Shown here: positions 45,840 through 56,772 of the stretch, in pieces | Position numbering within the stretch: position 1 is the stretch's first letter | Layout of the letters: each line of letters opens with the position of its first letter | Assembly (NCBI GenBank): GCA_964462015.1 | Contig: CAYWXI010000026.1 | Span: forward strand, 233 to 64,232 | Direction: 5' to 3' | Origin: an uncultured Bacteroidales bacterium | Lineage (GTDB): Bacteria; Bacteroidota; Bacteroidia; Bacteroidales; JAEINX01 | DNA: 64,000 bases | Made by a program: the position numbers and the translations under genes | The notes under the pieces: model-generated | Database searches by the model: none | Seen by the model: only the letters and a program-made list of their open reading frames with translations | Told to the model about the DNA's origin: nothing

Positions 45840-47693
45840 ATGTCGGAAAAATACACTGAAGATAGCGTTAAATCGCTTGACTGGAAGGAACATATAAGAT
45901 TGCGCCCCGGAATGTACATCGGGAAACTCGGTGACGGAGCTTCACCGGATGATGGTATTTACGTATTAATAAAAGAAATCATTGACAATTCGATTGATGA
46001 ATTTGTAATGGGATACGGTAAAAACATCGAACTAAATATCGTTGGCAGAGAAGTTATTATCAGGGATTACGGCAGAGGAATGCCTTTAGGAAAAGTTATC
46101 GACTGTGTATCGAAAATTAATACGGGAGCAAAATACGATTCAAAAGTATTTAAAAAAGCAGTCGGGCTTAATGGTGTTGGTGCTAAAGCCGTAAATGCCA
46201 TGACATCATTTTTTAAAGCACAGTCAATCAGAGAAGGAAGAACAAAGATAGTTGAATTTAACAGAGGTAAAATTATCAAGGATCAACCCGAACAAAGTTG
46301 TGATGAAAAGCCCGGAACGATTATCAGTTTTCTCCCCGATACCGAAATTTTCGGTAATTTTCATTACATCTCCGAATACATCGAAAAAATGCTTTGGAAT
46401 TATGCATTTTTGAATAATGGTTTGTCAATGTGGTTCAACGGTGAACGTTTTCATGCAAAAAACGGTTTGTTAGACCTTTTGCAAAGAAATATTAATGGAA
46501 ACGGAGGAGTTTTATATCCTATAATTCATATAAAAGAAGATGATCTGGAATTTGCATTCACACATAGTTCAAAACAATATGGTGAAGAATATTATTCTTT
46601 TGTAAATGGTCAAAATACAACTCAGGGGGGTACGCACCAGGCTGCTTTTCGTGAAGCAATCGTAAAGACTATCAGAGAGTTTTACAATAAAGATTTTGAA
46701 ACAAGTGATGTGCGTACATCAATTCTGGCAGCAATCAGTATTAAAGTACAGGAGCCGGTTTTTGAATCTCAGACTAAAACCAAACTTGGATCAACACATA
46801 TCGTCCCCGAAGGAATGACTGTCAGAAATTATATTAATGATATAGTCAAACGTAACCTCGATAATTATCTTCATAAAAATCCTGAGACTGCCGAGGCTCT
46901 GTTAACAAAAATTCAGCAGTCTGAAAAGGAAAGAAAAGAGATGGCCGGAATTAAAAAACTGGCGAGAGAAAGTGTAAAAAAGGCAAGCCTTCACAACAAA
47001 AAACTTCGTGATTGCAAGGTTCATTTAAATACAAATCACGAAAACAGGCTTGAATCCACATTATTTATTACCGAGGGAGATTCGGCAAGCGGTTCTATTA
47101 CCAAATCAAGGAACGTTAGAACACAGGCTGTTTTTAGTCTTAAAGGAAAACCTCTGAACTGCTTTGGATTAAGTAAAAAAATTGTTTACGAAAATGATGA
47201 ATTTAACCTGCTTCAATCAGCATTGAATATTGAAGATGGTTTGGATAATCTTCGTTATAATAATATTGTAATAGCTACTGATGCCGATGTCGATGGTATG
47301 CATATCAGGCTTTTATTACTTACTTTTTTCCTGCAGTTTTATCCCGACCTTGTCAAAGCCGGACATTTATATATTCTTCAGACTCCACTTTTCAGGGTAA
47401 GAAATAAACAAAAAACTTTTTATTGCTACTCTGACAAAGAAAAAGAAAAAGCAATTTTTAAGACCGGGAAAAATCCCGAGATCACACGGTTCAAAGGTCT
47501 TGGTGAAATATCACCCGATGAATTCAAGCATTTTATCGGAACAAATATCCGTCTCGACCCTATTCTGCTAAAACGCACATCTTCGGTTGCCGACATTCTT
47601 TCATTTTATATGGGAAAGAACACACCGCAGCGACAGCTTTTTATTATTGATAATCTGAAGGTTGAAGAGGATGTTGTTGATAAGGTGGCTTAG
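45840..47693 (+). CDS. parE: Type IIA topoisomerase subunit B (topoisomerase IV ParE-like)
   Basis: 617 aa. Sequence [11 protein letters not shown]...EIIDNSIDE...[11 protein letters not shown]...TEGDSASGS...[11 protein letters not shown]. The short length favours ParE over GyrB. Confidence 0.7.
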   Translation: MSEKYTEDSVKSLDWKEHIRLRPGMYIGKLGDGASPDDGIYVLIKEIIDNSIDEFVMGYGKNIELNIVGREVIIRDYGRGMPLGKVIDCVSKINTGAKYDSKVFKKAVGLNGVGAKAVNAMTSFFKAQSIREGRTKIVEFNRGKIIKDQPEQSCDEKPGTIISFLPDTEIFGNFHYISEYIEKMLWNYAFLNNGLSMWFNGERFHAKNGLLDLLQRNINGNGGVLYPIIHIKEDDLEFAFTHSSKQYGEEYYSFVNGQNTTQGGTHQAAFREAIVKTIREFYNKDFETSDVRTSILAAISIKVQEPVFESQTKTKLGSTHIVPEGMTVRNYINDIVKRNLDNYLHKNPETAEALLTKIQQSEKERKEMAGIKKLARESVKKASLHNKKLRDCKVHLNTNHENRLESTLFITEGDSASGSITKSRNVRTQAVFSLKGKPLNCFGLSKKIVYENDEFNLLQSALNIEDGLDNLRYNNIVIATDADVDGMHIRLLLLTFFLQFYPDLVKAGHLYILQTPLFRVRNKQKTFYCYSDKEKEKAIFKTGKNPEITRFKGLGEISPDEFKHFIGTNIRLDPILLKRTSSVADILSFYMGKNTPQRQLFIIDNLKVEEDVVDKVA

Positions 47694-47714
47694 GGGAAAA
47701 ACCACTTCTCCAGT

Positions 47715-49937
47715 CTATCTTATTATCAATTTCTCTCTGATTTTCGATTCGTTTAAGACCAATTCAATAATATAAACTCCTTGCCGAAGCATTGAAACAT
47801 CAACTGTATTGTTAATTTGTTTTTCATATAATACCTTTTCCCCAATTTGATTATAAATATTTATTTCTTTAATTGTAACATCAGAATGACATAATAAAGT
47901 AATTGTTTTTTTTGCAGGATTAGGGAAGATTTTTATATCATTTCCTGTATAATAGAATTCAATTGTTCCTAATGCGCAAGCTTCTTGAACTTTCGCTTCA
48001 TAACTACATTCCGCAATATTATTATCAATAGAAACATCAGCAGAGGAATTGGAAATAAAATCACAAATACTTTTTACATGGCATGTAGATAAAGAATTAT
48101 TTTGTACTATTTGTAGTTTAGTAATTGAATATGGATTTATGTTTTCAAGACCAGTAAGGCTTGTTAGAGCATCATTGTTACGAATACTTATAAACCCATT
48201 AATTGCTGATAAACTTTCTAATTCTGAAAGGTCGGTTAATGCAGAATTATTCGATAAAGCAAAATAGGTATCAATTGTTGTTAAATTTTCGAGACCAGAT
48301 AAATTTGTCAGGGCATCGCAACCTGAAATAATGAGTTCTCCAATATGAGTTACATTATTCAAACCATATAAATTTTGAATTGCATCGCAGCCACTTATGT
48401 TTAATATACCCCCAATATAAGTTAAATTGTTCAGGCCTGTTAAATTTGTTAGTGAAGCATTGCCATTAATCCTTAAGCTTTCCCCAATATAGTTCAGGTT
48501 TTCAAGGCCAATTAAACTCGCCAATAATGGATTACCACCATGATCTCCACCAATAATAAGGCTACTTTTAATATTAGAAAGATTTCCCAAACCCGTTATA
48601 CTTGTCAAAGCATTGTTCTTTTCAATCCTTATATCTTCCCCAATATATGACAAATTGTTCAAGCCTGCTAAACTGGATAGGGTATCATTATACTTAATGT
48701 CAAGGTATTTCCCAATGGAAATTAAACTGTTTAATCCTATTAAACTTATTAAGGAATTATTTTTTTCAATTCTTAGAAATCCTCCAATAGAAGTCACATT
48801 ATCAAGTCCTGATAAATTTATTAGAGCATCATTATAGTATATCCATAGAGATCCGCCTATTGAAGACAAACCGTTAAGACCTGTTAAACTGGTTAGGTAA
48901 TCCTGCTCATAAAAAAATAATTTCCCCCCTATTGTGGTTAAATTTTCAAGGCCAATTAAACTTACTAGTCCATTATGTCCTTCAATTGACATATCACCTT
49001 CAATAGTTTTCAAATTAGTTAGGCCCGTTAAATTAGTTAGTGAGGAATTGTTGTAAATAAGCAGATTTCCACCAATAGATGTTAAATTTTCAAGACCTGA
49101 TAAACTCGTCAGCCCCTTATTATTTTCAATATGAAGGTCATCACTAATAAAACAAAGAGAATCCAGTCCTGTACAATCTGTCAACCCAAAGTTTTTATTT
49201 ATCAGCATGTTTCCTCCAATTGAATCCAATCCATACAATCCAGATAAACTTGATAATGTACTATTGCTATACAACGAAAAGTCACCTCCTATATAAGTTA
49301 AACTTTCAAGACCTGACAAGTTGGATAATTCTTGGCAGTAATTAATTACCAGATTGCTATCTATAGAACTTATGTTATTTAATCCCGACAAACTAGTAAG
49401 GGCATCGTTATTTATAATTGAAAGGCATCCTCCAATGCTAGTCACATTGTCCAATCCAGTAAAACTGGTCAGGACATCGTTACCAATAATCTTAATGTCT
49501 CCCCCAATGGAAGTAACATTGTCAAGGGTTGTTAAACTTGTCAGGGTACCGTTGTTCTGAATCCATAGGTGTCCTCCAATAGAAGTTACATTGTCTAGCC
49601 CCGTTAGACTGATCAGTTCATATTCGCTAGAAATATATAGGTCTCCCGCGATGGAAGTTACATTATCCAGCCCCGTTAAACTGGTCAGGGCATAATTGTT
49701 ATGAATCCAAAGATCTCCCCAAAAAGCAGTCAAAACATTTAATCCATTCAAATTAGCGATATCATTTCCTGTAATTTCAACATCTCCTTCTATTTCAGTA
49801 CAGTTAGGGTAATTGGTTTGAAAATTGTCTATCTGTGCTTGATTTGAAAATGTAATGCCTTCTGGCAGGCAGGATTGAGATAATGATATAGTCCGAATGA
49901 TTAAGGATAAAACTATAAATAAAGTTAATTTCTTCAT
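47715..49937 (-). CDS. Leucine-rich-repeat surface protein with a T9SS C-terminal sorting domain
   Basis: About 25 tandem ~23-aa units (LTSLTGLDNVTSIGGxLxIxxN) with a signal peptide. The C-terminus is IKIFPNPAKKTITL...GVYIIEL. Confidence 0.75.
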   Translation of the reverse strand: MKKLTLFIVLSLIIRTISLSQSCLPEGITFSNQAQIDNFQTNYPNCTEIEGDVEITGNDIANLNGLNVLTAFWGDLWIHNNYALTSLTGLDNVTSIAGDLYISSEYELISLTGLDNVTSIGGHLWIQNNGTLTSLTTLDNVTSIGGDIKIIGNDVLTSFTGLDNVTSIGGCLSIINNDALTSLSGLNNISSIDSNLVINYCQELSNLSGLESLTYIGGDFSLYSNSTLSSLSGLYGLDSIGGNMLINKNFGLTDCTGLDSLCFISDDLHIENNKGLTSLSGLENLTSIGGNLLIYNNSSLTNLTGLTNLKTIEGDMSIEGHNGLVSLIGLENLTTIGGKLFFYEQDYLTSLTGLNGLSSIGGSLWIYYNDALINLSGLDNVTSIGGFLRIEKNNSLISLIGLNSLISIGKYLDIKYNDTLSSLAGLNNLSYIGEDIRIEKNNALTSITGLGNLSNIKSSLIIGGDHGGNPLLASLIGLENLNYIGESLRINGNASLTNLTGLNNLTYIGGILNISGCDAIQNLYGLNNVTHIGELIISGCDALTNLSGLENLTTIDTYFALSNNSALTDLSELESLSAINGFISIRNNDALTSLTGLENINPYSITKLQIVQNNSLSTCHVKSICDFISNSSADVSIDNNIAECSYEAKVQEACALGTIEFYYTGNDIKIFPNPAKKTITLLCHSDVTIKEINIYNQIGEKVLYEKQINNTVDVSMLRQGVYIIELVLNESKIREKLIIR

Positions 49938-50317
49938 TGTAGTATATTTTAAGTTTAAAATTTTTATTACACTAAAATCAATTCGATATATTTTAATAAA
50001 ACTTTCCCAAAGATAACAAAATATATTTCATATATAATAATCAATAATAAAGACTTAATTATTATCATACATTAAACTACTGTAAACAATGTCAATCCCG
50101 TCATCACATGAAAAATATCCATTTTCCCATTTTTTATAATTTATCGAAAATCAATTAGTAAAACATTTTTACAATAAATCGTAACAAAGTTAACAAAATA
50201 TATTTCATTAATTTAAAATTTAAATCTAAAATCTTAAATCATAAATAAAACCGGACTCAAAACATTTGATACAATTAATTTTTCTTAATTTCGTGCCAAA
50301 ATTCAAACACAATTAAA

Positions 50318-51562
50318 TTGAAAAAGAAAATTTTAATACAAAATATAAAAGAGCTTGTTCAGGTTGAAGAAAAGCCAAGAAGAAAAGTCTGCGGAAAGGA
50401 TATGGCAAAACTTTCAACAATAAAAAAAGCTTATTTGATTATAGAAGACGGAATAATTTCAGGATTTGGAAAAATGCAGGATTTACATGATTATTCAACA
50501 GATTTAATAATCAACGCTAAAGGCAAAATGGTTTTTCCTTCGTTTTGTGACTCACACACTCACCTGGTTTATCCGGAAAGCCGTGAAATTGAATATATTG
50601 ATAAGATAAAAGGATTATCATATGAAGAAATTGCAAAACGTGGTGGTGGCATATTAAACTCGGCAAGAAAAATGCACGAAACTTCGGAAGAACAACTGAT
50701 TGAGTCGGCGATTGAACGCTTAAATGAAATAATGCTACACGGCACAGGTGCTGTAGAAATAAAAAGTGGCTACGGCCTGAACACCGAAGATGAACTAAAA
50801 ATGTTAAGAGTGATTAAAAAATTAAAAAAAATATCACCTCTTACAATTAAATCTACTTTTTTGGGAGCTCATGCTGTACCGCAAAAATATAAAGCTGATC
50901 AATCTGAATACGTTGATTTGATAATCAATGAAATGATCCCAATGGTTGCAGCAGAAGAACTGGCCGATTACATCGATGTTTTTTGCGATCGTGGCTTTTT
51001 TACCGGTAAAGAAACAGACAGAATATTAAATGCAGGAATGAAATACGGTTTACGACCAAAAATTCATGCTAACGAACTTGATTATTCCGGTGGAATTCAG
51101 GTTGGAGTAAAATATAATGCACTTTCTGTCGATCATTTGGAATTTACGGGTGCTGAAGAAATCAAGGCCTTGTTGGATTCCGAAACGATGCCGACTGTTT
51201 TACCAGGTGCTGCTTTTTTCCTGGGAATGGTTTATGCACCTGTCCGAAAAATGATTGATGCCGGTTTACCCGTAGCTTTAGCAAGCGATTTCAATCCGGG
51301 TTCTTCTCCTTCCGGTAATATGCAATTCATACTTTCGATGGGAAGTATTGCATACAAAATGACTCCCGAAGAAGGAATTAATGCAACTACTATTAATAGT
51401 GCTTATGCTATGGATGTCAGCGAAGAACTTGGAAGTATCGCTATAGGAAAAAAGGCAAATATTTTTATTACCAAAAAAATCCCGACTTATGAATTTATGC
51501 CTTATTATTATGGTACAAACAAAGTTGAAACTGTGATTTTGAATGGGGAAATATGCAATTGA
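50318..51562 (+). CDS. hutI: Imidazolonepropionase
   Basis: Sequence PSFCDSHTHLVY...EIKSGYGL...KIHANEL...ASDFNPGSSP. Confidence 0.9.
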   Translation: MKKKILIQNIKELVQVEEKPRRKVCGKDMAKLSTIKKAYLIIEDGIISGFGKMQDLHDYSTDLIINAKGKMVFPSFCDSHTHLVYPESREIEYIDKIKGLSYEEIAKRGGGILNSARKMHETSEEQLIESAIERLNEIMLHGTGAVEIKSGYGLNTEDELKMLRVIKKLKKISPLTIKSTFLGAHAVPQKYKADQSEYVDLIINEMIPMVAAEELADYIDVFCDRGFFTGKETDRILNAGMKYGLRPKIHANELDYSGGIQVGVKYNALSVDHLEFTGAEEIKALLDSETMPTVLPGAAFFLGMVYAPVRKMIDAGLPVALASDFNPGSSPSGNMQFILSMGSIAYKMTPEEGINATTINSAYAMDVSEELGSIAIGKKANIFITKKIPTYEFMPYYYGTNKVETVILNGEICN

Positions 51563-51589
51563 TTATTTTTGCATTTAAATGATTATACA

Positions 51590-52606
51590 ATGAAAATTGA
51601 ATCTATAAATATTAAAAATTATAAATCGCTTGTTGATATAAAAATTAATAAACCGAATCCTTTTACGGTTTTTGTTGGGCCAAATGCCTCAGGAAAGTCT
51701 AATATTTTTGAGGCAATTGATTTTGAGTCTTTTGCTGAAAACAACAAAGAATTTAATAAAATTTTTAATGTATTTGGTAGTTTTTCTGACTTAATTAATA
51801 AAAATGCCTATCAAAAAAGTCAAAATTCAAAAATTGGTTTTCATATCAATTTAAATATGGACGGGGAAAGTAATACAATTTCTATGCAATTAGATGCAGA
51901 AGGTCGTATTTTTCCTAAATATGATATTCCTAATCAAAATCTAATGATTAAGACGATTTTAAAGGAACCGTCATTACTCCAATTATATTTCAAAATCGTA
52001 CAAAGATTATTTATCAATAATTATAGCATTGAACGCCAAAAATATCAAGATGATCAAAAGCTTGATATTTACGCTTCTAATCTTGAAAAAGTTTTAAAAA
52101 GATTGTTAAAAAATAGAGATAAAAAAGATGAATTAATTGAGTTGCTTCAATTATTTATTCCCGAATTTGAAAATATTGAAGTAAGTACAAATGAACTTTC
52201 AGGTGATGATTCATTATTGATTTATGAGAAATTCACAAAAAAACCATTTTCAAAGAATTTGATTTCCAATGGAACTTTCAATATTCTTGCATTATTAACG
52301 GCAGTTTATCAGTCGGATGAACCACAGTTTTTATGTATAGAAGAACCTGAAAACGGTCTAAATCCTCAAGTGATTAAAGAACTGGTTGGATTTTTCAGGG
52401 AAGCATGTGAAGAAAAAGGCCATTACATTTGGCTTACAACACATTCACAAACATTGGTTTCCGAACTTCAACCAAAAGAAGTAATAATTGTTGATAAAGA
52501 AAACGGGGAAACAAAAATCAAACAATTTGAAAATCTGAATCTACATGGCTTGAAAATGGATGAAGCCTGGCTTTCAAATGTACTTGGTGGAGGATTGCCA
52601 TGGTAA
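51590..52606 (+). CDS. ABC/SMC-type AAA ATPase (AAA_21-like), first gene of a two-gene candidate defence module
   Basis: The N-terminus MKIESINIKNYKSL and Walker A GPNASGKSN, signature-like SNGTFN, Walker B FLCIEEPENGLNP and H-loop TTHS. Its stop overlaps the next start (ATGGTAA at 52600-52606). Confidence 0.75.
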   Translation: MKIESINIKNYKSLVDIKINKPNPFTVFVGPNASGKSNIFEAIDFESFAENNKEFNKIFNVFGSFSDLINKNAYQKSQNSKIGFHINLNMDGESNTISMQLDAEGRIFPKYDIPNQNLMIKTILKEPSLLQLYFKIVQRLFINNYSIERQKYQDDQKLDIYASNLEKVLKRLLKNRDKKDELIELLQLFIPEFENIEVSTNELSGDDSLLIYEKFTKKPFSKNLISNGTFNILALLTAVYQSDEPQFLCIEEPENGLNPQVIKELVGFFREACEEKGHYIWLTTHSQTLVSELQPKEVIIVDKENGETKIKQFENLNLHGLKMDEAWLSNVLGGGLPW

Positions 52607-53202
52607 AAGCAGGCTTTATCGGCGAAGGAAAATCAGAAGAAATGATTCTCAATTCCAAGCCATTTTCATCTTTTTTGAAAAAAAATAACGTTAAAAACAT
52701 CGGTGTTTTCGATGCAGGTGGTGAAGGAAATTTTAAAGTTGAAAGTGAAAAAATCATCAGCTTCTTCAATATATTTTCTGATAGAAATGCTGATTTTGTT
52801 TTTTTGCTTACCGATTTAGAAGATGATCCTTGTATTACAGAAACAAAAAGCCAAATTTTTAAATTTTGTAAAGAGCGACAAGTTGAGATCATTGCAGTAA
52901 AAGCCATAGAATCCTGGTTTCTTGCCGATTCAGAATCTTTATCTAAGATTTTTAAAAAAAAGTATTACTTTGAATACCCTGAGAATACAGATGGAAAACC
53001 TTTTTTTTTAATTAAAAAGGAATTTTTAGAAAATACCGGCAGAGGAACAAGTAAAGGCAGGTTGACTAGAAAAATGTTAAAACATGGTTTCACAATTGAA
53101 AATGCCGCAAAACACGATAATTGTAGAAGTGCAAAATATTTTATCAATAAATTAAAAGAAATATCCATGACCCCGAGAATTCGGGATCACACAAAAAAAT
53201 AA
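52600..53202 (+). CDS. DUF4276/TOPRIM-like protein, second gene of the module
   Basis: 200 aa. An N-terminal acidic motif GFIGEGKSEE, a DxD-like LLTDLEDD and AIESWFLAD match the DUF4276/Toprim pattern as I recall it. Confidence 0.55.
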   Translation: MVKAGFIGEGKSEEMILNSKPFSSFLKKNNVKNIGVFDAGGEGNFKVESEKIISFFNIFSDRNADFVFLLTDLEDDPCITETKSQIFKFCKERQVEIIAVKAIESWFLADSESLSKIFKKKYYFEYPENTDGKPFFLIKKEFLENTGRGTSKGRLTRKMLKHGFTIENAAKHDNCRSAKYFINKLKEISMTPRIRDHTKK

Positions 53203-53217
53203 TTATTTTATAAATTT

Positions 53218-53270
53218 TGAAACTTGAAATTTGGATTCCCCCGAATTTCTAATTTCCAATTTCTAATTTC
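53218..53270. repeat. GAAATT-word hairpin (family member 4, imperfect)
   Basis: TTGAAACTTGAAATTTGG-attcccc-CGAATTTCTAATTTCCAATTTCTAATTTC, 16 bp after the DUF4276-like stop. Confidence 0.5.
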
Positions 53271-53318
53271 TAAAAATAAAATCAACTAAAAATATATTAA
53301 AATAAAAAACACAAAAAC

Positions 53319-55007
53319 ATGAAACAATTAATTGAATGCGTTCCGAATTTTAGCGAAGGACGTGATATGAATATTATAAAACAGATCACCGACGAAATTG
53401 AAAAAGTCGAAGGAGTTAAATTGTTAGACGTTGATCCGGGTGCGGCAACAAATCGTACGGTTGTAACCATTGTCGGAACTCCTGACGAAGTTTGCGAGGC
53501 TGCCTTTCGTGCCGTTAAAAAGGCATCACAAATAATTGATATGAGTAAACATAAAGGCGAACACCCTAGAATGGGAGCTACTGATGTTTGTCCATTGGTT
53601 CCTGTTTCAAATATTACAATGGAAGAAACTGTGGAGTATGCCCGTAAACTTGCAAAACGTATCGGTAAAGAACTTGAAATTCCGATTTATTGTTACGAAA
53701 ATGCAGCTTTTACTGAAGAAAGAAGAAATTTGGCTACCTGCCGTTCAGGCGAATACGAAGGCATGGCAGAAAAACTTACCATTCCAAAATGGAAACCCGA
53801 TTTCGGCCCGGCAAAATTAAATGTTAAGGCAGGCGTTACTGCCGTTGGAGCAAGAGATTTTCTGGTTGCTTTTAATGTTAATCTCAATACAACTTCAACG
53901 AGGCGTGCAAATGCAATTGCTTTTGATGTCCGTGAACGAGGACGCACAAAACGTGAAGGTGATCCTGTTACCGGAAAAATTGTTAAGGATGAAAAGGGTA
54001 AACCTGTGATGATTCCGGGTAGCCTGAAATGCGTTAAAGGAATTGGCTGGTTTATCGAAGAATACGGTATTGCTCAAATTTCCATGAACCTTACAAATAT
54101 CAGTGTAACACCGGTTCATGTTGCTTTCGACGAAACCTGTAAAAAAGCCGAAGCCAGAGGGATCAGGGTAACAGGTTCCGAACTCGTTGGATTGATACCT
54201 TTACAAGCAATGCTTGATGCCGGAAAATATTTCCTTCGCAAACAAGAACGTTCTCTTGGTGTATCACAGGATGAATTGCTGAAAATTGCCGTAAAATCGA
54301 TGGGCCTTGATGACCTCAAACCATTCAATCCGAAAGAAAGAATAATAGAATTTATTCTTCAGGATGACAATAAAAACAAACTCATCGATATGAATCTCGC
54401 TGAATTTGCAGATGAAACTGCTTCAGAATCACCAGCCCCCGGTGGTGGATCAATTTCAGCTTATGTTGGAACTCTCGGTATTTCTTTAGCAACGATGGTT
54501 GCAAATCTTTCATCACACAAAAGAGGTTGGGATAAACGTTGGGAAGAATTTAGCTCGTGGGCTGAAAAAGGCCAGAAAATAAAAGATGAACTTTTACACC
54601 TAGTCGATGAAGATACAATTGCATTTAATAAAATAATGGATGCATTCGGACTTCCTAAGAAAAGTGAAGAAGATAAAACTGCCCGTGCTCAAGCTATCGA
54701 AGATGCATCAAAATATGCTATTGAAATTCCGTTTAAAGTGATGCAAAAATCCTATGAATCAATGGATGTTATTAAAGCTATGGCAGAAATCGGTAACCCA
54801 AATTCGGTTTCCGATGCAGGTGTAGGAGCTTTATGTGCCAGAACGGCAGTAATGGGTGCTTATTTGAATGTAAAAATCAATGCTTCAGGCGTTGAAGATA
54901 AAGATTTTGTAAATAAAAAATTATCCGAAGGATTGGAAATTGAAACGAAATCTAAGCAACTTGAAGATGAAATCTTAGAAACTGTAAACGAGAAGATTGC
55001 CTCTTAG
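53319..55007 (+). CDS. ftcD: Bifunctional glutamate formimidoyltransferase / formimidoyltetrahydrofolate cyclodeaminase
   Basis: Begins LIECVPNFSEGRD and contains GATDVCP. The C-terminal half carries the cyclodeaminase motif SPAPGGGS. Confidence 0.85.
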   Translation: MKQLIECVPNFSEGRDMNIIKQITDEIEKVEGVKLLDVDPGAATNRTVVTIVGTPDEVCEAAFRAVKKASQIIDMSKHKGEHPRMGATDVCPLVPVSNITMEETVEYARKLAKRIGKELEIPIYCYENAAFTEERRNLATCRSGEYEGMAEKLTIPKWKPDFGPAKLNVKAGVTAVGARDFLVAFNVNLNTTSTRRANAIAFDVRERGRTKREGDPVTGKIVKDEKGKPVMIPGSLKCVKGIGWFIEEYGIAQISMNLTNISVTPVHVAFDETCKKAEARGIRVTGSELVGLIPLQAMLDAGKYFLRKQERSLGVSQDELLKIAVKSMGLDDLKPFNPKERIIEFILQDDNKNKLIDMNLAEFADETASESPAPGGGSISAYVGTLGISLATMVANLSSHKRGWDKRWEEFSSWAEKGQKIKDELLHLVDEDTIAFNKIMDAFGLPKKSEEDKTARAQAIEDASKYAIEIPFKVMQKSYESMDVIKAMAEIGNPNSVSDAGVGALCARTAVMGAYLNVKINASGVEDKDFVNKKLSEGLEIETKSKQLEDEILETVNEKIAS

Positions 55008-55107
55008 AGATTTTCCTTTTATTCAAATAATTAGTTGTTTTCTAAAGAATGGTTAAATTGTTATATTGTAATAAAAACAACAATATAACAATTTAACCAT
55101 TTAGCAA

Positions 55108-55650
55108 TTATTTTTCCTGCTGAGCTTTGGCTCTCTCTTCAATTTCTTTGATGATTTGCTCAGGTGTTTTTCCTAAGTTTTGAATTGATACTCTCGCATC
55201 GTCGGCAAATTCATTATCAGGGTATTTCTCAATAAACTCTGTATATAATTTTCGTGCAAGATCATAGCTTTGCATATTATTATCATACACATAAGCCTTT
55301 AAAAACATACTTTCCGGTACTTTTCTGTAATCAGGATACTCTCTGATAATCCTGTCGAAAAACAAAACTGCTTTGCTTGGATTAAGAATATTCATGCAAA
55401 TGTCGGCACCCTTAAATATATATTCAGGAGAAAGTGTATCATCCGGAAATTTATCGGCATATTCAATATATGCATTTACCAATTCGGATGCCTGTTTGCG
55501 GTTTACAACCATGTCTTCGCTTGAAAACAAATTGCCTTCTAATTCTTTTATTTTAGATTTTGCTTCATCTTCAGGCGATGAACACGCAAAAACCAATACT
55601 GAAATGATAGCAAAAAATGCCAATTTTCTCAAAATATTCATGTCTGTCAA
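55108..55650 (-). CDS. TPR-like lipoprotein, function unknown
   Basis: Lipobox VLVFAC and TPR-like helices (YPDYRKVPESMFLKAYVY). Confidence 0.5.
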   Translation of the reverse strand: MTDMNILRKLAFFAIISVLVFACSSPEDEAKSKIKELEGNLFSSEDMVVNRKQASELVNAYIEYADKFPDDTLSPEYIFKGADICMNILNPSKAVLFFDRIIREYPDYRKVPESMFLKAYVYDNNMQSYDLARKLYTEFIEKYPDNEFADDARVSIQNLGKTPEQIIKEIEERAKAQQEK

Positions 55651-55672
55651 GTTTTGTTATTAAATATATTTA

Positions 55673-56242
55673 TTATCGTTTTTTCTTTTTGTTTACAAAT
55701 AACATTTTATAAGTTGCTGTGACATTTCCTTTCGAAATATCAAGCAATTTTCTTTTTAAAAGTGTTTTACGAAGATTGTGTATTTTCTCAACAAATACTA
55801 TTCCCTGCAAATGATCATATTCATGTTGGATGACCCTGGCAATCATTCCCGAATATTTTTCATCACAAAAATTAAAATTCTCATCAAAATACTGAATTCT
55901 AATTGTTTGTGGACGGGAAACATATTCTGCAAGGCCCGGAACACTTAAGCAGGATTCTTTAAACTCCCAATCGTCTCCTTCCTCTTCTATAATTTCAGGA
56001 TTAATAAAAACCTGTTTAAAATTTTCAGTCTCAGGATATTCCTCTTTATAAGGATCTGCGTCAATGACAAAAAGACTAATAGAAAGATTTACCTGAGGAG
56101 CAGCCAAACCAACACCAACAGAATAATACATTGTTTCAAACATATCCTCAATAATTTCTTTAATTCGGGGATAATCTTTATCAATTATTTCTGCTTCTTT
56201 TTTCAAAACAGGATGACCATAAGCTGTTATAGGTAAAACCAT
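55673..56242 (-). CDS. def: Peptide deformylase
   Basis: Motifs GVGLAAPQV, ESCLSVPG and HEYDHLQG. Confidence 0.95.
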   Translation of the reverse strand: MVLPITAYGHPVLKKEAEIIDKDYPRIKEIIEDMFETMYYSVGVGLAAPQVNLSISLFVIDADPYKEEYPETENFKQVFINPEIIEEEGDDWEFKESCLSVPGLAEYVSRPQTIRIQYFDENFNFCDEKYSGMIARVIQHEYDHLQGIVFVEKIHNLRKTLLKRKLLDISKGNVTATYKMLFVNKKKKR

Positions 56243-56246
56243 TTTT

Positions 56247-56660
56247 CTATTGATTTGCTTCTAAATATGATTGTAAAATCAAAGTTGCACTAACTCTATC
56301 AATTATTTCTTTATTTCGTCTGTCTTTTTTCTTCAATCCGCCATCTATCATCGACTGAAAAGCTATCTTTGAAGTGAAGCGTTCATCGAATTTTCTGATT
56401 GGAATTTCAGGAAATTCTTTTGCTAACTTTTTTATAAAAGCATCAACAAATTTGGCAGATTCCGAGGGTGTATTATTCATTTGTTTAGGTTCACCAATAA
56501 CAAATAGTTCGACATTTTCTTTTAAATTATAATCTTTTAAAAAAGAAATTACATCTTTAGAATGAACTGTAGTCAAGGCATTAGCAATAATTTTTTGCTC
56601 ATCGGTAACTGCAAGTCCAACTCGTTTTTGTCCGTAATCAATTGCTAATATTCTTCCCAT
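56247..56660 (-). CDS. ruvX: Holliday junction resolvase-like RuvX (YqgF)
   Basis: 137 aa. Sequence RILAIDYGQKRVGLAVTD...DERFTS. Confidence 0.9.
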   Translation of the reverse strand: MGRILAIDYGQKRVGLAVTDEQKIIANALTTVHSKDVISFLKDYNLKENVELFVIGEPKQMNNTPSESAKFVDAFIKKLAKEFPEIPIRKFDERFTSKIAFQSMIDGGLKKKDRRNKEIIDRVSATLILQSYLEANQ

Positions 56661-56772
56661 TTAATTATTAATAAATGAAATCAAACGTAAAATAAAATGC
56701 AAAAGTACAAAATGTATAATTTTCTTCAAAATTTATCTAATTTTGAAAAATAATTCAAATTAAAACTTTTTT

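Noticed and set aside
53584-54328. Cluster of 60-85-aa ORFs on both strands inside ftcD, and similar nested ORFs inside other large genes (8991-9398, 14651-15178, 19376-20149, 27137-27532, 48049-49560)
   Set aside because: All are fully nested in longer ORFs with strong family signatures and have no independent support.
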